Source: Planctomycetota bacterium
GTDB lineage: Bacteria > Planctomycetota > SZUA-567 > H5-PLA8
Direction of reading: 5' to 3'
DNA: 64,000 nt
Assembly: GCA_038227875.1 (NCBI GenBank)
Contig: JBBRPR010000003.1
Location: 1-64,000, forward strand
The position numbers and the translations under genes were made by a program. The notes under the pieces were generated by a model. The model was not told the DNA's origin. It searched no databases and saw only the letters and a list, made by a program, of their open reading frames with translations. Below, one piece after another: positions 1-11,972 of this stretch. The stretch's first letter is position 1. Every line of letters starts with the position of its first letter.

Positions 1-1857
<1,857 letters not shown>

Positions 1858-1956
1858 GAGATCTCTCCGTGCAAGAAGTGACGTTCAGGGATCGCTTTCC
1901 GAGCCCCACAAAAGTGCAACGCGCCCTGATCGAACAAGAATAGGAATGAACCATGG

Positions 1957-1972
1957 TGCAAAATGTGGACCG
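1957..1972 (-). promoter_or_regulatory. Possible sigma-54 promoter for the HAMP kinase
   Basis: Minus strand reads CGGTCCACATTTTGCA: GG-N10-GC spacing with TTTTGC at -12, but a weak -24 element. Confidence 0.35.
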
Positions 1973-2152
1973 ACCGGGCCAAATATCATGAACCGCTTGT
2001 CTCCTGCGAAGTTTATAAAAATAGATCGCGTACTCTCTGAAATTAAAACGCTCCCCCTCCGAAATTCGGAGGTTGCTTTCAATATGCTTCGTAACACGGA
2101 TTCGGATATTTTTAGTGGTGCTTTACCGATTCGGAGTGTCGAAATTCTTTGT

Positions 2153-2169
2153 TTGGCACTGCGCTCGCA
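2153..2169 (+). promoter_or_regulatory. Putative sigma-54 (-24/-12) promoter
   Basis: TTGGCACTGCGCTCGCA, GG-N10-GC, ~90 bp upstream of ATG 2261. Confidence 0.55.
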
Positions 2170-2260
2170 GCCGTTTCTCATCGCGGATGAAGCCGCCGCG
2201 AAGATTTATGCGAACGCGATCGCACCAAACCACTCACCGTTCAAAAAAGGAGTACTTCCC

Positions 2261-2824
2261 ATGGGCCGATTTCTTGCATTTCTGGTCGTTGTGATCCTGA
2301 TCGTGGGTTGCGTCGGATTCGCTCGCGGCTGGTTCTTCGTCACGAGTCACACTGATCCGATAGACGATAAAGTGAATGTTGGGCTGACTGTCGACAAGGG
2401 TGCCATCCGCCAGGATTCCGCGGACGTAAAGGAGCGCGCCAAAGAACTGGGCAACGAAGCCAAGCAGGACGCGAAGAACGTGACTGAGCGTTTCGAAAAG
2501 CGCAGCGCGCAATTGCACCCCAATGTCAGCGCTCTGAAGTTGCAGCCCGGCTCAAAGGCTGACGTTACTGTCACACGCGACACCAAGGATCTTAAAGCCG
2601 AACAGCTGGGCCTGAAGCCATCGGTCGGTTCAAATCTGCTGGCCAGCGGCGGCATGTTTGGCGATGGCGCTAAAGAGACCACCATCACGATCGAAGCACC
2701 CGCGGATGCGCATGACGGGAGCGTGACGCTGACCTCAACTGCAGGCAGCGAAATCATTACGGTCACCGTTTCACCCGTGACCACAGCAACGCCCCTGGTG
2801 CCAATCTCAAATACGCACGAGTAA
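2261..2824 (+). CDS. Hypothetical membrane-anchored/secreted protein (RGWF motif, helical linker, beta-rich C-terminus)
   Basis: ATG 2261 after [33 protein letters not shown]-terminal TM segment. This is the real part of track ORF 1073..2824. Confidence 0.8.
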   Translation: MGRFLAFLVVVILIVGCVGFARGWFFVTSHTDPIDDKVNVGLTVDKGAIRQDSADVKERAKELGNEAKQDAKNVTERFEKRSAQLHPNVSALKLQPGSKADVTVTRDTKDLKAEQLGLKPSVGSNLLASGGMFGDGAKETTITIEAPADAHDGSVTLTSTAGSEIITVTVSPVTTATPLVPISNTHE

Positions 2825-2860
2825 CATGGGACTGAATGGTGCGCAGACAGATTTTTTACA

Positions 2861-2876
2861 TGGCATCTCAATCGCG
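2861..2876 (+). promoter_or_regulatory. Putative sigma-54 promoter
   Basis: TGGCATCTCAATCGCG, GG-N10-GC, ~50 bp upstream of the CBS gene. Confidence 0.5.
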
Positions 2877-2923
2877 AAAGCCGAGGTTATCACGGAGCAG
2901 GGGTCTGGATAAAGGAGCCGGCA

Positions 2924-3358
2924 ATGGATCTCGCAAAGTTTGTGAACAACTCTCCGGTAATCACCCTGGGTACCACGACGGTGCTCGAGGGAGTGAAGAT
3001 GCTTCACCATCGGCAGCTCAGCGCCGTGCTCATAATCGGTAGCGACCAACGGTTGGAAGGTATTTTCACCGAACGGGATAACATGCTTCGCGTGACGCAG
3101 GCGGAGCGCGATGCCCGCACCACCCTGCTCAGCACGGTGATGACCACCCCCGTCATTACCGCCCGCTCCACGACCACCGTGGACGACGCGTTGATGATGA
3201 TGGTGCGTCATCACTTCCTGCACCTGCCGATCGTGGACGAAAATCATATCGTAAAAGGCATGGTCAACGGACGCGATCTCCTATTGCGGCGCATTGGTGA
3301 AAAGGAAGCAGCAATACAGACACTGAACGCCTACGTCAAAGCGGGCGGTCCCGGCTGA
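2924..3358 (+). CDS. CBS domain-containing protein
   Basis: GIFTERD, VMTTPVIT and HFLHLPIVDE..VKGMV CBS-pair motifs; AAGGAG RBS. Confidence 0.92.
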   Translation: MDLAKFVNNSPVITLGTTTVLEGVKMLHHRQLSAVLIIGSDQRLEGIFTERDNMLRVTQAERDARTTLLSTVMTTPVITARSTTTVDDALMMMVRHHFLHLPIVDENHIVKGMVNGRDLLLRRIGEKEAAIQTLNAYVKAGGPG

Positions 3359-3388
3359 TTCGTTGAATCCGCCTCAATTTTCATGATT

Positions 3389-3429
3389 ACGGCTGAGCAC
3401 GGAAATCCGTGACTCAGCCGTCTTATTTT
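3389..3429 (+). terminator. Intrinsic terminator after the CBS gene
   Basis: Hairpin acggctgagcacgga-aa-tccgtgactcagccgt followed by cttatttt. Confidence 0.6.
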
Positions 3430-3582
3430 GGTTCGCGGATGTCATGGGTTGAATACCGGCATCGGGCGACTGAATTTGATTGAGGACCCTGTGAAAATCA
3501 GTCGATTTTCCACAGAATCATACAAGTCAGGCAGTGCCCGGAAATGCTATTTCACCCATGGAAAGGGCATAAAATATTCGAA

Positions 3583-3599
3583 TTGGTATTCCGCTCGCA
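3583..3599 (+). promoter_or_regulatory. Putative sigma-54 promoter
   Basis: TTGGTATTCCGCTCGCA, GG-N10-GC, upstream of the NtrC-family gene. Confidence 0.45.
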
Positions 3600-3733
3600 A
3601 TATAGCTTTCCGCATTTGCATCAGTTCTGTTGTGCGAACAACGCGCTTTGCACCTCAAGCTGGAGCAGATAGCCTCGTGGAGTAGCGAAGAGCGTCGTCC
3701 GCCTAAAACATAAACCGTCGAGTTGAAACAATC

Positions 3734-5050
3734 ATGAGCTTAAGAATTCTCGTTGTAGACGACAATCAGGACATTTGCCAGATGACCGCGACCGGTTTGA
3801 AGAAGGCCGGCCACTTCACCGAGACTCACCTTTCGGCCGAGAGCGCGTTGGCGGCGCTCAAGACGGGGACGTGGGACGTGGTGCTGACCGACATGCGCAT
3901 GCCGGGCATGGACGGGTTGCAATTTCTAAAAGAGATCAAATCACAGAACTCCGACATCGCCGTGATGCTGATCACCGCGCACGGCAGCGTCGACACTGCG
4001 ATTGAAGCGATGCGCCTGGGCGCGATGGATTTCATCCTCAAGCCCTTTGACATGGAACAGCTCAAGATCCGGCTGGAACGCGTCGAAGAAGCACGCAAGC
4101 TGCGCCGCGAAGTCACCACGCTGCGCAAGCAGCTGGGTTCCAGCGTCCAGATGATCGCCACCGCGCCGAGCATGCTGTTGCTGCTCGATCGCGTGAAGAA
4201 AGTCGCCGCCAGCGACGCGGCCGTGCTGATCCTGGGTGAGAGCGGCACCGGCAAGGAGTGCATCGCGCACTACCTGTACAAGGAATCGCAGCAATGGAGC
4301 AAGAATTTCGTCGCGCGTAACTGCGCCGCGATCCCTGAGACCATATTCGAATCGGAAATGTTCGGGCACAAGAAGGGTTCGTTCACCGGCGCGGACCGCG
4401 ACCGCAAGGGCGCATTTGCCGAGGCCGATGGCGGCACGCTCTTCCTCGACGAAATCGGCGACCTCAATTACGTCAGCCAGACGAAGCTGCTCCGCGCGAT
4501 CCAGGAACGCGTCATCCGTCCCGTCGGCAGCGACAAGGACATCCCCGTCAACTTCCGCCTCGTCTGCGCGACCAACAAGAATCTGCTCGAAGCCTGCAAG
4601 ACCAAGGAATTCCGCGACGACCTCTACTATCGCCTCGCCACCGTCACGCTGACCATCCCGCCGCTGCGCGATCGCCGCGACGACATCGTGCCGCTGGCGC
4701 GCCACTTCGTCCGCATGCTCAGCAATGGCGCGCGCACGCTGACGCCGAAAGCCGAGGAGCTGCTCACGCAGTACGACTGGCCTGGCAATGTGCGCGAACT
4801 GCGCTCCGTGATCGAGCAGAGCGTGATTTTCTCGATCGGTAACGAGATCGAACCCAGCGAGCTGAATTTGAATCTGAAGTCGCCGTCGGGTCAGCCGGAA
4901 TCGACCAGCCTGTCGCTTTCCGACGCTGAACGCAGGCACATTCTCCACGTGCTGCAGACTGTCAACGGCAACAAGACCGAAGCCGCCCGGCTGCTCGAAG
5001 TCGCCCGCAGCACGTTGGTGTTGAAGTTGAAGGCATACGGGACGGACTGA
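3734..5050 (+). CDS. Sigma-54-dependent response regulator (NtrC/AtoC family: REC-AAA+-Fis HTH)
   Basis: ILVVDD/DMRMPGMDG receiver; GESGTGKE; GSFTGA; FLDEIG; WPGNVREL; NKTEAARLL HTH. Confidence 0.97.
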   Translation: MSLRILVVDDNQDICQMTATGLKKAGHFTETHLSAESALAALKTGTWDVVLTDMRMPGMDGLQFLKEIKSQNSDIAVMLITAHGSVDTAIEAMRLGAMDFILKPFDMEQLKIRLERVEEARKLRREVTTLRKQLGSSVQMIATAPSMLLLLDRVKKVAASDAAVLILGESGTGKECIAHYLYKESQQWSKNFVARNCAAIPETIFESEMFGHKKGSFTGADRDRKGAFAEADGGTLFLDEIGDLNYVSQTKLLRAIQERVIRPVGSDKDIPVNFRLVCATNKNLLEACKTKEFRDDLYYRLATVTLTIPPLRDRRDDIVPLARHFVRMLSNGARTLTPKAEELLTQYDWPGNVRELRSVIEQSVIFSIGNEIEPSELNLNLKSPSGQPESTSLSLSDAERRHILHVLQTVNGNKTEAARLLEVARSTLVLKLKAYGTD

Positions 5051-5062
5051 GTACAGCGCTGC

Positions 5063-8000
5063 TCAGTTCAAATCGTAAACCATCAGTTCGCCATCAGCTG
5101 TGGCCACATAGATCTTGTCGGCGAAGGTGGTCAGCGCGATGGGCTTGGAGACCATTCTTGCCTTCCAGAACTGCACGCCGCCATTTCCGCAGACGGTGAT
5201 TTCGCAGAACTCTTTCTGTTGAGCGCAGAAGACGAAAGCCTTCTCCTGCTCTTTTTCGTTGGCCCGAACGATTAGCGGTGAAAGCAGCGCTTCGCCCTTC
5301 AGGTCCAGCGACCAGAGCACACCACCCTTGTCGGCCGCGCTGAATTCCACCTTGCCGTTTTGAAGCACAGACAGGAACGCGCTGGGAGTGCTGAGCAGAA
5401 ACGGCGCAGGCTTGCCGCCCAGGTCGCGTTGAAATTTCTTCGCGCCTGACTCCATATCCAGGCCGATCAATTGTCCAGATTCGGTAATCAGTCCCACCGA
5501 CGAACGACCGCTGGCGACGGCTGGTCCTCCGATGGTCTTGCCCTCAATTGGCGCTTCCCATTTCTTCGCTCCGGAATGACCAACGATCGCGATCAGCGAG
5601 TCCTCGCGCGGGACGTAAAAGAGGTCTCCTTCCAGCGCCAGGCCCCAGGGCTTTTCAGCAGAATCCTTTCCGGCTTGCACGGTCTTGTGAACCTTGCCGT
5701 CGTCGGAAAAGAGCAGTTCCAGCGCTGCCTGGCTGGCCACGCCGAGCAGACGCTTGCCGGGTAATTCCTTCGATGTATACGCCAGCGGCGCGCTGGTGGC
5801 CGTGGCGGCAAGCGGCAGTCGCGAGTAGTCGCCACCGACCAATTTGACACACGCTATCGCCTTATCGGCCAGCGTGACGTAAATGGTATTCTGACCCAAC
5901 AACAATCCACGTCCGCCCCCGATAACCTCCTCGGGCTTCTGGTCTTCCTTTTCGCGCAGCGGGACGTGGGTGATCACTTTCAGATCGCTGAGCCCGCACA
6001 GATCCACCGCGTGGCTGGAGATCACGATTATATGGTCTAAATTGGCTGCCAATCCACCGGCAGCCGGCGCGGAGAGAGATCGCTGCAGCACCGGATTTTT
6101 GAACATCGAAATAGAGACCGAGTCGGCGCGAAAGTTGTATTCGACCAAATCTTCCGTCTGAAAGCCCTGCTTCTTGAACGTGAAATGGGCAGCCCCGATG
6201 GCCGGAACGTCAATCATGGTCGGGGTCTTTCCCGCCGCGCGGCCATTAAAGAAAAGATCGGCGTTCGCCGGTTCGCTGGTTACCTTTACTTTCATCACGA
6301 TGCCGGACGCCGTTTTGGAATGAGGTGCTTTTTCGAGGATCGCGAGGAATTTTTTCCGCGCTTCCAGGGGCTGGCGCGTGGCCAGATCTTTCGCATCCTT
6401 AAATTCCGTTTCCAGTTCCGTTTCGGGGGTGCTGTCCAGCACGCGCAGAGTGTCCTGCGCCTGATTGAGCACACGCTCCGGCGGATGACTGTCGATGATC
6501 TTCAGCAATTCGGCGCGCGCATCATTGGTCAATTTCTGGGTCTGCAGAATATCAACTTTCTCCAGCCGCTTATCGCATTCGGCGAGGTACTTCACGATCG
6601 CATCCACGCCCGCGGCGCCCTTGGCGCTGTAGTCGACGCCCGGTCCGTCGCGCTTCACCAGTTCGAAGAGCGTCTTTGCGGCCTCGGTTTCGCCCGCGTC
6701 TTTCTCCAGACCGGCAAGGTGCAGGCGGCTTTCCGCTTCGGCTCGCGCGCGCGACAGCCTGCTGAGCTTGTCACGGATTTCGGTGGCTATCTCTTCCGGA
6801 GGGCTATCTGCCAGCAGGGCTTCGTAAGCCTGCTTGAGCACATCAGCGGGTTTGGTCCTGGCGGAGCTGTCGGCTTCGCGCAGCTTGGTGCGCATCACCT
6901 CCAGTTTCTCGCGATTCTTCACCTGGTTCAGCTGCGCGCGTGCCTTTGACAGCTCTTGCTGCATCGCTTCGCTCAGGTCCAGGACGCCGTTGAATTTGTC
7001 CAATTCATCGGCGGTTGTCTTGACCGCTTCAGGCGGGCCTTTGACGAAAGCGGTTTTAAAATTGGAAATGGCCGTGTTCAGCAGCACGTCCACATTTTTC
7101 TTTTCCGCGTCGTACTTCTGGCTGGCGAGTGCCTGGGTGTCGGGGTCTTTGGAGCGGAACGTGCGAAGGATCTCCAGCGCCTTGCCATAGTTCTGCGCGT
7201 TCATTTCGGTCTGCGCCAGCTCCAACTGCTCATCCAGCAGTTTTCGCTGCGTGTTGTCGACTTTCTTTCCCGAGAAGTATTTGAAATACGCCGCAGTGCC
7301 GCCGCCGCCGAGCAGCAAGATCACGACGCCGGCGATGATCAGCGGCAGCGTCTTGCGATCCTTCTTTCCAAACAGGCCCGGCTGGTTGCGCCGGATGACT
7401 TCCGATCGGATCTTCGGATCGCCGGTGGCCGTCATCGTTCCGGAGATCGCCGCCTTCTTAGCCTTTTCGATTTCCGCCAGCGCGGCCTGGACTTTTGTCT
7501 TCATCTCCGCGCCGCCGTTGGCCGCGGCAAATTCGGCAATGCGCTGCGCTTCGTCGATGCGATTGAGTTTCAAATGCGAACGCGCGGCCTGTTCGTAGCT
7601 TTCGATCGGCATCGGCTCGACAATGCCCGCGTCCCACAATTCCAGCAGCATCTGGTTGGTGTTCAGGCGGCCCATGCAGGCCTTCTGGACCATCGCTTCG
7701 ACGGAACGGCTGTCCTGGACCAGCCGCAGCAGCACCATGCCTTCCGGCGAAAGCCCCGTGCCGCTCTTCAACACCTCGCCGCCCTGCCCGGTAAGGCGGA
7801 ACACGAACGCCTGGCTGGGCACCCGCGCTTCGATCGCTTTCCATTCATCGGCGCGGCGCGCGGCTTCCAACAGCAGGCTGTTGGGATCGATCTTCATCTT
7901 CACGAGGCCGCCGCCCGGCGCGATCTTCGCGTCCAGCGACGCGCCGGCGAGGAAATCGAATTCTCCCTTGCCCAGCGTGAAGAGTTCGCAGACTTCCTCT

Positions 8001-8332
8001 TCGATCTGAAAACGCAGCGCCTCTTCCAGGTCCTGCATCGTCACGGTCTGCTGATCGATCAACACCTGGCCCAGCATTTTGCCCGACTCACGCTGCACCT
8101 GCAGCGCTGCTTCGAGTTTGTCTTCGTCGAGAAGTCCGCGGGATTGAAGCAGGTCACCGAGCAGGATGCGGCCGGCTGAACGCCCGGCGATGGAGATCGC
8201 TCCGTTTTGAATTTCGACGAAACGAGGGCCCTCTGGCGCTTGAATGCGCAACAGGCCCGTTGAATTTCCGCGACTGAGCACCTGGAAAACATCCGCCAGG
8301 TTGACAGTCGATAAGTTCCCTTTTAGCCCCAT
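5063..8332 (-). CDS. DUF4388-domain single-pass membrane protein with MshEN-like repeat, helical/TPR region, PEGA domain and PQQ-like beta-propeller
   Basis: MGLKGNLSTVNLADVFQVL..TGLLRI and LLLEAARRADEW (DUF4388); TM LPLIIAGVVILLLGGG; VTSEPANADLFFNG..GKTP (PEGA); SGAKKW/ESGAKKF propeller blades. Confidence 0.85.
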   Translation of the reverse strand: MGLKGNLSTVNLADVFQVLSRGNSTGLLRIQAPEGPRFVEIQNGAISIAGRSAGRILLGDLLQSRGLLDEDKLEAALQVQRESGKMLGQVLIDQQTVTMQDLEEALRFQIEEEVCELFTLGKGEFDFLAGASLDAKIAPGGGLVKMKIDPNSLLLEAARRADEWKAIEARVPSQAFVFRLTGQGGEVLKSGTGLSPEGMVLLRLVQDSRSVEAMVQKACMGRLNTNQMLLELWDAGIVEPMPIESYEQAARSHLKLNRIDEAQRIAEFAAANGGAEMKTKVQAALAEIEKAKKAAISGTMTATGDPKIRSEVIRRNQPGLFGKKDRKTLPLIIAGVVILLLGGGGTAAYFKYFSGKKVDNTQRKLLDEQLELAQTEMNAQNYGKALEILRTFRSKDPDTQALASQKYDAEKKNVDVLLNTAISNFKTAFVKGPPEAVKTTADELDKFNGVLDLSEAMQQELSKARAQLNQVKNREKLEVMRTKLREADSSARTKPADVLKQAYEALLADSPPEEIATEIRDKLSRLSRARAEAESRLHLAGLEKDAGETEAAKTLFELVKRDGPGVDYSAKGAAGVDAIVKYLAECDKRLEKVDILQTQKLTNDARAELLKIIDSHPPERVLNQAQDTLRVLDSTPETELETEFKDAKDLATRQPLEARKKFLAILEKAPHSKTASGIVMKVKVTSEPANADLFFNGRAAGKTPTMIDVPAIGAAHFTFKKQGFQTEDLVEYNFRADSVSISMFKNPVLQRSLSAPAAGGLAANLDHIIVISSHAVDLCGLSDLKVITHVPLREKEDQKPEEVIGGGRGLLLGQNTIYVTLADKAIACVKLVGGDYSRLPLAATATSAPLAYTSKELPGKRLLGVASQAALELLFSDDGKVHKTVQAGKDSAEKPWGLALEGDLFYVPREDSLIAIVGHSGAKKWEAPIEGKTIGGPAVASGRSSVGLITESGQLIGLDMESGAKKFQRDLGGKPAPFLLSTPSAFLSVLQNGKVEFSAADKGGVLWSLDLKGEALLSPLIVRANEKEQEKAFVFCAQQKEFCEITVCGNGGVQFWKARMVSKPIALTTFADKIYVATADGELMVYDLN

Positions 8333-8364
8333 CTTACGGGCGACCGCTCCGGTTGAGAATGAAC

Positions 8365-8394
8365 GTTGTAATCCCCGCCGAAGGGCATTGTCAA
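8365..8394 (-). promoter_or_regulatory. Sigma-70-type promoter for the DUF4388 gene
   Basis: TTGACA-N18-TACAAC on the minus strand. Confidence 0.5.
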
Positions 8395-8420
8395 GATCGG
8401 ATAATTTTCGGTATGAGACG

Positions 8421-8455
8421 GCGGCTCTTGGCTGTTGGCTCTTAACTATTGGGAG
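8421..8455. repeat. Heptamer tandem repeat (GGCTCTT family)
   Basis: ggctctt ggctgtt ggctctt aactatt gggag; same family as 14006-14099. Confidence 0.7.
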
Positions 8456-8478
8456 TGGAAATGGGCAGCACGTTCGAG

Positions 8479-8529
8479 ACCTAGGGAACTATAGTTACCA
8501 GGTACCTCTGGGCCCCGAGGCCCAGAGGT
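8479..8529. terminator. Twin hairpins downstream of the SGNH gene
   Basis: acctagggaactatagttaccaggt (imperfect) followed by acctctgggcc-ccga-ggcccagaggt (perfect 11-bp stem). Confidence 0.45.
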
Positions 8530-8546
8530 CCGTTCGTCATCGTGCA

Positions 8547-9971
8547 TCATTTAATTGCCGGCTTGAACACGCGCAACGCTTTGATCGGCGCCGCCGCTCC
8601 GCCGCGCAGTTCCAGCGTGTGCACGCCGTTGGTCAAACCCTGCGCCAGTGTAGTGAGCTGCTCGCGAGTTGCGTCGGCGGATTTGGGCGGCGTAATCGTG
8701 TCTGAAAAGAGCGGAATGACCTTCCACGTCTCGCGGTAGCCCGTGGGAATCGCGACTTTCGTCAGCACGTTGCGGAAATAGACCTCGGGGAGAATTTTGA
8801 CACGGCCCGACTTCGACGTGAACGGCTGATCGCTGCTCCCACTGCCGTCCGCTCCCGTCACCGAACCGGCGACGTCGAACGTCCACTTCTCGCCATTTCC
8901 GCCGCCGGTCACGGTATAGGTCCATTCTTCGAGCACCAGCGGCGCGGTATGTTCGACGCGCGCAATGAACAGCGGCGACCACGGCCCCGGCTGCGGTCGT
9001 GTAAACGCGTAGCATTCGGGAAATTGCGAAGGCTTCTTGCCGTCGATGAGGACCTCGGCCGTGCCCGTTGCGTCGGCGGCGAGAATCGCGTCGATTCGAT
9101 TGCCGTCGAATTTCAGTTCGAGCTTTCCGTTCTCCCATTTCACCGCATCGCCGAGCGCGACGTCTTTGACACTCTCCTGCCACTCGGTTTTCGCGAGCTC
9201 CGGGCGGTAGACGAGGTACCGTTCGATCAGCCGCGCCATCAGGAAATTTCCGTACTCGTTGAGATGCACGCCGTCGGCCAGTAGTGCTTTGGGTTCGAGC
9301 GAATTGGCGTGAAGATACGTCAGCCAATCGGTGCGGATGTCGACAAGCCCGCAGCCGTACTTCTTCGCGGTCTCCGGCAGGAAGACGTGGTTCATGAAAT
9401 CGTCCCACCAGGTTCCCTTGTCCTTGGTGCGGTCGATGTTTTCCTGCGGCCACGCCGTGGCGTGGTCGGTCTGCATCAGCACGTCAGCGGTCGTGCGTGA
9501 ACGGATGGCGTGGATGATGTCTTCGTAGCGGTCGTGAGCGCCATAGACATGGAAGATGACCAGATCGGGATAAAAGGGATAGACATCGAATTCAGCCGGC
9601 CGGATCAGCATCTGCGACGCGAAGCCGCCGATGGCGCGGTTTTCGATCTCGAGATCCGCGTTGGGAAAGCGCCGGCGCAGATCCGCCGCGACCTGCTTCG
9701 ACCAATCCTGTTCGGTGATCGACTGACCGTAAAACAGCACGCGGACTTTATTGTGGTGCTCGGGCGTGCTGGTTGCCATCAACGTCAGGGCGCGCTGCAC
9801 GCCGAGACCCAGCTTCGCCGGATCGGCCGCCGCGCCGGGTTCCGGATAGTTCTTTGGATTGGTATTCGCGAGCACCGGCGCGGGAGCGACCGGCGGGTGC
9901 TGCGTATCGAGCGCGAAAAGATTGCAACACGTCAGCAGAGCAACAAACGAGACCCGGAAACCACAGCGCAT
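8547..9971 (-). CDS. Secreted SGNH/GDSL-family hydrolase
   Basis: Signal peptide; YGQSIT block I, NRAIGG, DGVHLN block V; start at MRCGF after GGAGG. Confidence 0.8.
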   Translation of the reverse strand: MRCGFRVSFVALLTCCNLFALDTQHPPVAPAPVLANTNPKNYPEPGAAADPAKLGLGVQRALTLMATSTPEHHNKVRVLFYGQSITEQDWSKQVAADLRRRFPNADLEIENRAIGGFASQMLIRPAEFDVYPFYPDLVIFHVYGAHDRYEDIIHAIRSRTTADVLMQTDHATAWPQENIDRTKDKGTWWDDFMNHVFLPETAKKYGCGLVDIRTDWLTYLHANSLEPKALLADGVHLNEYGNFLMARLIERYLVYRPELAKTEWQESVKDVALGDAVKWENGKLELKFDGNRIDAILAADATGTAEVLIDGKKPSQFPECYAFTRPQPGPWSPLFIARVEHTAPLVLEEWTYTVTGGGNGEKWTFDVAGSVTGADGSGSSDQPFTSKSGRVKILPEVYFRNVLTKVAIPTGYRETWKVIPLFSDTITPPKSADATREQLTTLAQGLTNGVHTLELRGGAAAPIKALRVFKPAIK

Positions 9972-10057
9972 GAAGAACCTCCGGCAGTCACTACACCCAC
10001 GGAAACGGACCTGTCGAAAGTATTTCAAAAAGGACCGCCGGTGGTAAGGTTGATTTT

Positions 10058-10345
10058 ATGAGTGAGCCGCCGGACAACCGCGATTGGCAGATCTCGCTGC
10101 GAGCGTTGATGCTCTGCTCGGTCTTCGTCGGTGCGTTTCTGCTTATTAATTTTCAGTGCGAGCGGCGCACGGCATTCGCGCTCGATCTGCTCGTTTTGCT
10201 TGCGCTCATTTTTTCGATCCACTCGTTATCGATGCGGCGAATTGCAAAAGAGGACGACGGATTCAAAATTGCCGCTGGTGAAATCCTGCTGGGGATTGCA
10301 ATTGTGCTGATTACGGTTGCGCTTTTTTCGCGCTCCGATGGATGA
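10058..10345 (+). CDS. Small membrane protein with WQISLRALM N-terminal motif
   Basis: Three hydrophobic segments; N-terminus resembles the genes at 52392-53356. Confidence 0.7.
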   Translation: MSEPPDNRDWQISLRALMLCSVFVGAFLLINFQCERRTAFALDLLVLLALIFSIHSLSMRRIAKEDDGFKIAAGEILLGIAIVLITVALFSRSDG

Positions 10346-10350
10346 GACCT

Positions 10351-11916
10351 TCACGGCTTCTGCAGGTGCTCATTCGCCGCCGCGCGCACGGTTTCGCGCT
10401 CCTGGTCTTCGCCCGTGACAAGCGGCGATGGAACCATGTCCGGCAGAAAAATCAGGCCGCTTTCATCGGGCGTGAGGGTCACGCGGGTATTGGTAAATGT
10501 ACCCATGAGATGCACCGCACTGCGACGGATAAAAATATCCGGATCGTCGACGTACTGAATCATGACGCGAAGCCACGCATTGCCCTCGTCGCGTTCGGCG
10601 GACGACCAATTGAACTCCGTTCGAATTTTGCACGCGGAAGCCATGGCCCAGCGACGCATCTTGAGGTCTGGATCGGCCAGGCACTGCTGATAAAGCTTCA
10701 GCTGATCAGTGAGCGAAATTTCGAAAAACGGAATAACGCACGCGAGCCCCGCACGGTCGCTCCAATTCTTCTGCGCGAAGAGCTTGTTCCAGGCCACATT
10801 GATTTGGTCCCGTTCCATTTGTCCAACCATTCGGGTATACAATTCCTCATCGGCGGCGAGCCTTAAGAGATCGGTGGCGTACGGGTTAGTCGACTTCCTG
10901 TTCTCAGTGAGATACACGAGCAGGCCGCTGCGAAATTGAGCATTGTATAATTTCCCAGCGTCCAGAATTTCGCGAATCTGCGCCGGGCTGGCGTGGTCGC
11001 CGATCCAGTAGGCCGCGGTCCTCTCTTTGTATCCGGCTGGCGCAGGCTCTTTGCAAATGTTCAGCAATGTTTCCTGCATATCCTGTGGATAGCGGAGTTC
11101 AAACGAATGAAAGGCCGCTCTGAAGACTACAGGTCGATTATCGTCCAGGCGCAGGAGCAATCTGTCTTTTGAAACGCAACCGAACCATAAAATTCCATGC
11201 TGGATATCATCACAGAGGAGGTTGTTGAAATTGCCGCAATACGATTCCAACGCCTCGCCAACAACATGAGGTGAGCAATGAGCGATCAGCACATTCAGCT
11301 TTGAATCCGACTTGCGCAACTCATCGGCAGGCAACGTTACCAGACTGTAAACGGATAGCAGCGGAGCCAGTATCAAAACTATCGAGACAAGAAAAATCCG
11401 AACGAGCCACGTGCGGCGGCGAACCGCATGTTGCGAACTTTCCGCACGGCGCGACAGCACGTTAGCGAGCGGAACGCCCACCGCGAGAAAAATAAACAGG
11501 TAGGCCGAAAGCGCGGGAATGCAGTTATTGATCAATCCGAAAAGAACTTCTCTGACGCCTTGATAATTATCCAACACGTGATGATGGGAAGTAATGTCGA
11601 AATAAAATACAATCAAAAACGCGAATGTGAATTCAAACGTCACCAGAAGAGCCAGCGCAAAGGAGTATCGCGAGCGCTCACCCGCAAGATACCCGCGGCA
11701 GCACTGGTATATCGACCAGATCGTCAGCACGACGAATGCCGTCGCGCCGAAACAGAAGAAGATCAAGCCTTCCCGGGTCGAGACGCCCAGCGTCCGTAGG
11801 ACGCCAACTCCCGCCGCCAGAAACAGCACGCCCAGCCAGTGCAGCATCAGCGCCGTTTTGCCAACGTTCCGCACGGGAGCAGGAGGAGAAGTTATTGCAA
11901 TACTTACTTCCGCCAT
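10351..11916 (-). CDS. Membrane protein with C-terminal HEAT-like repeats
   Basis: About 5 N-terminal TM helices; LADPDLKMRRWA and VDDPDIFIRRSAV HEAT motifs. Confidence 0.75.
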   Translation of the reverse strand: MAEVSIAITSPPAPVRNVGKTALMLHWLGVLFLAAGVGVLRTLGVSTREGLIFFCFGATAFVVLTIWSIYQCCRGYLAGERSRYSFALALLVTFEFTFAFLIVFYFDITSHHHVLDNYQGVREVLFGLINNCIPALSAYLFIFLAVGVPLANVLSRRAESSQHAVRRRTWLVRIFLVSIVLILAPLLSVYSLVTLPADELRKSDSKLNVLIAHCSPHVVGEALESYCGNFNNLLCDDIQHGILWFGCVSKDRLLLRLDDNRPVVFRAAFHSFELRYPQDMQETLLNICKEPAPAGYKERTAAYWIGDHASPAQIREILDAGKLYNAQFRSGLLVYLTENRKSTNPYATDLLRLAADEELYTRMVGQMERDQINVAWNKLFAQKNWSDRAGLACVIPFFEISLTDQLKLYQQCLADPDLKMRRWAMASACKIRTEFNWSSAERDEGNAWLRVMIQYVDDPDIFIRRSAVHLMGTFTNTRVTLTPDESGLIFLPDMVPSPLVTGEDQERETVRAAANEHLQKP

Positions 11917-11972
11917 GCCATGTTCCCCGCCTTCTGCCGTGTGAGATTATGACGCGGCGGTGACAGCATGTA

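Noticed and set aside
3507..3515. TTTTCCACA as a DnaA box or oriC
   Set aside because: A single mismatched copy with no cluster of boxes.
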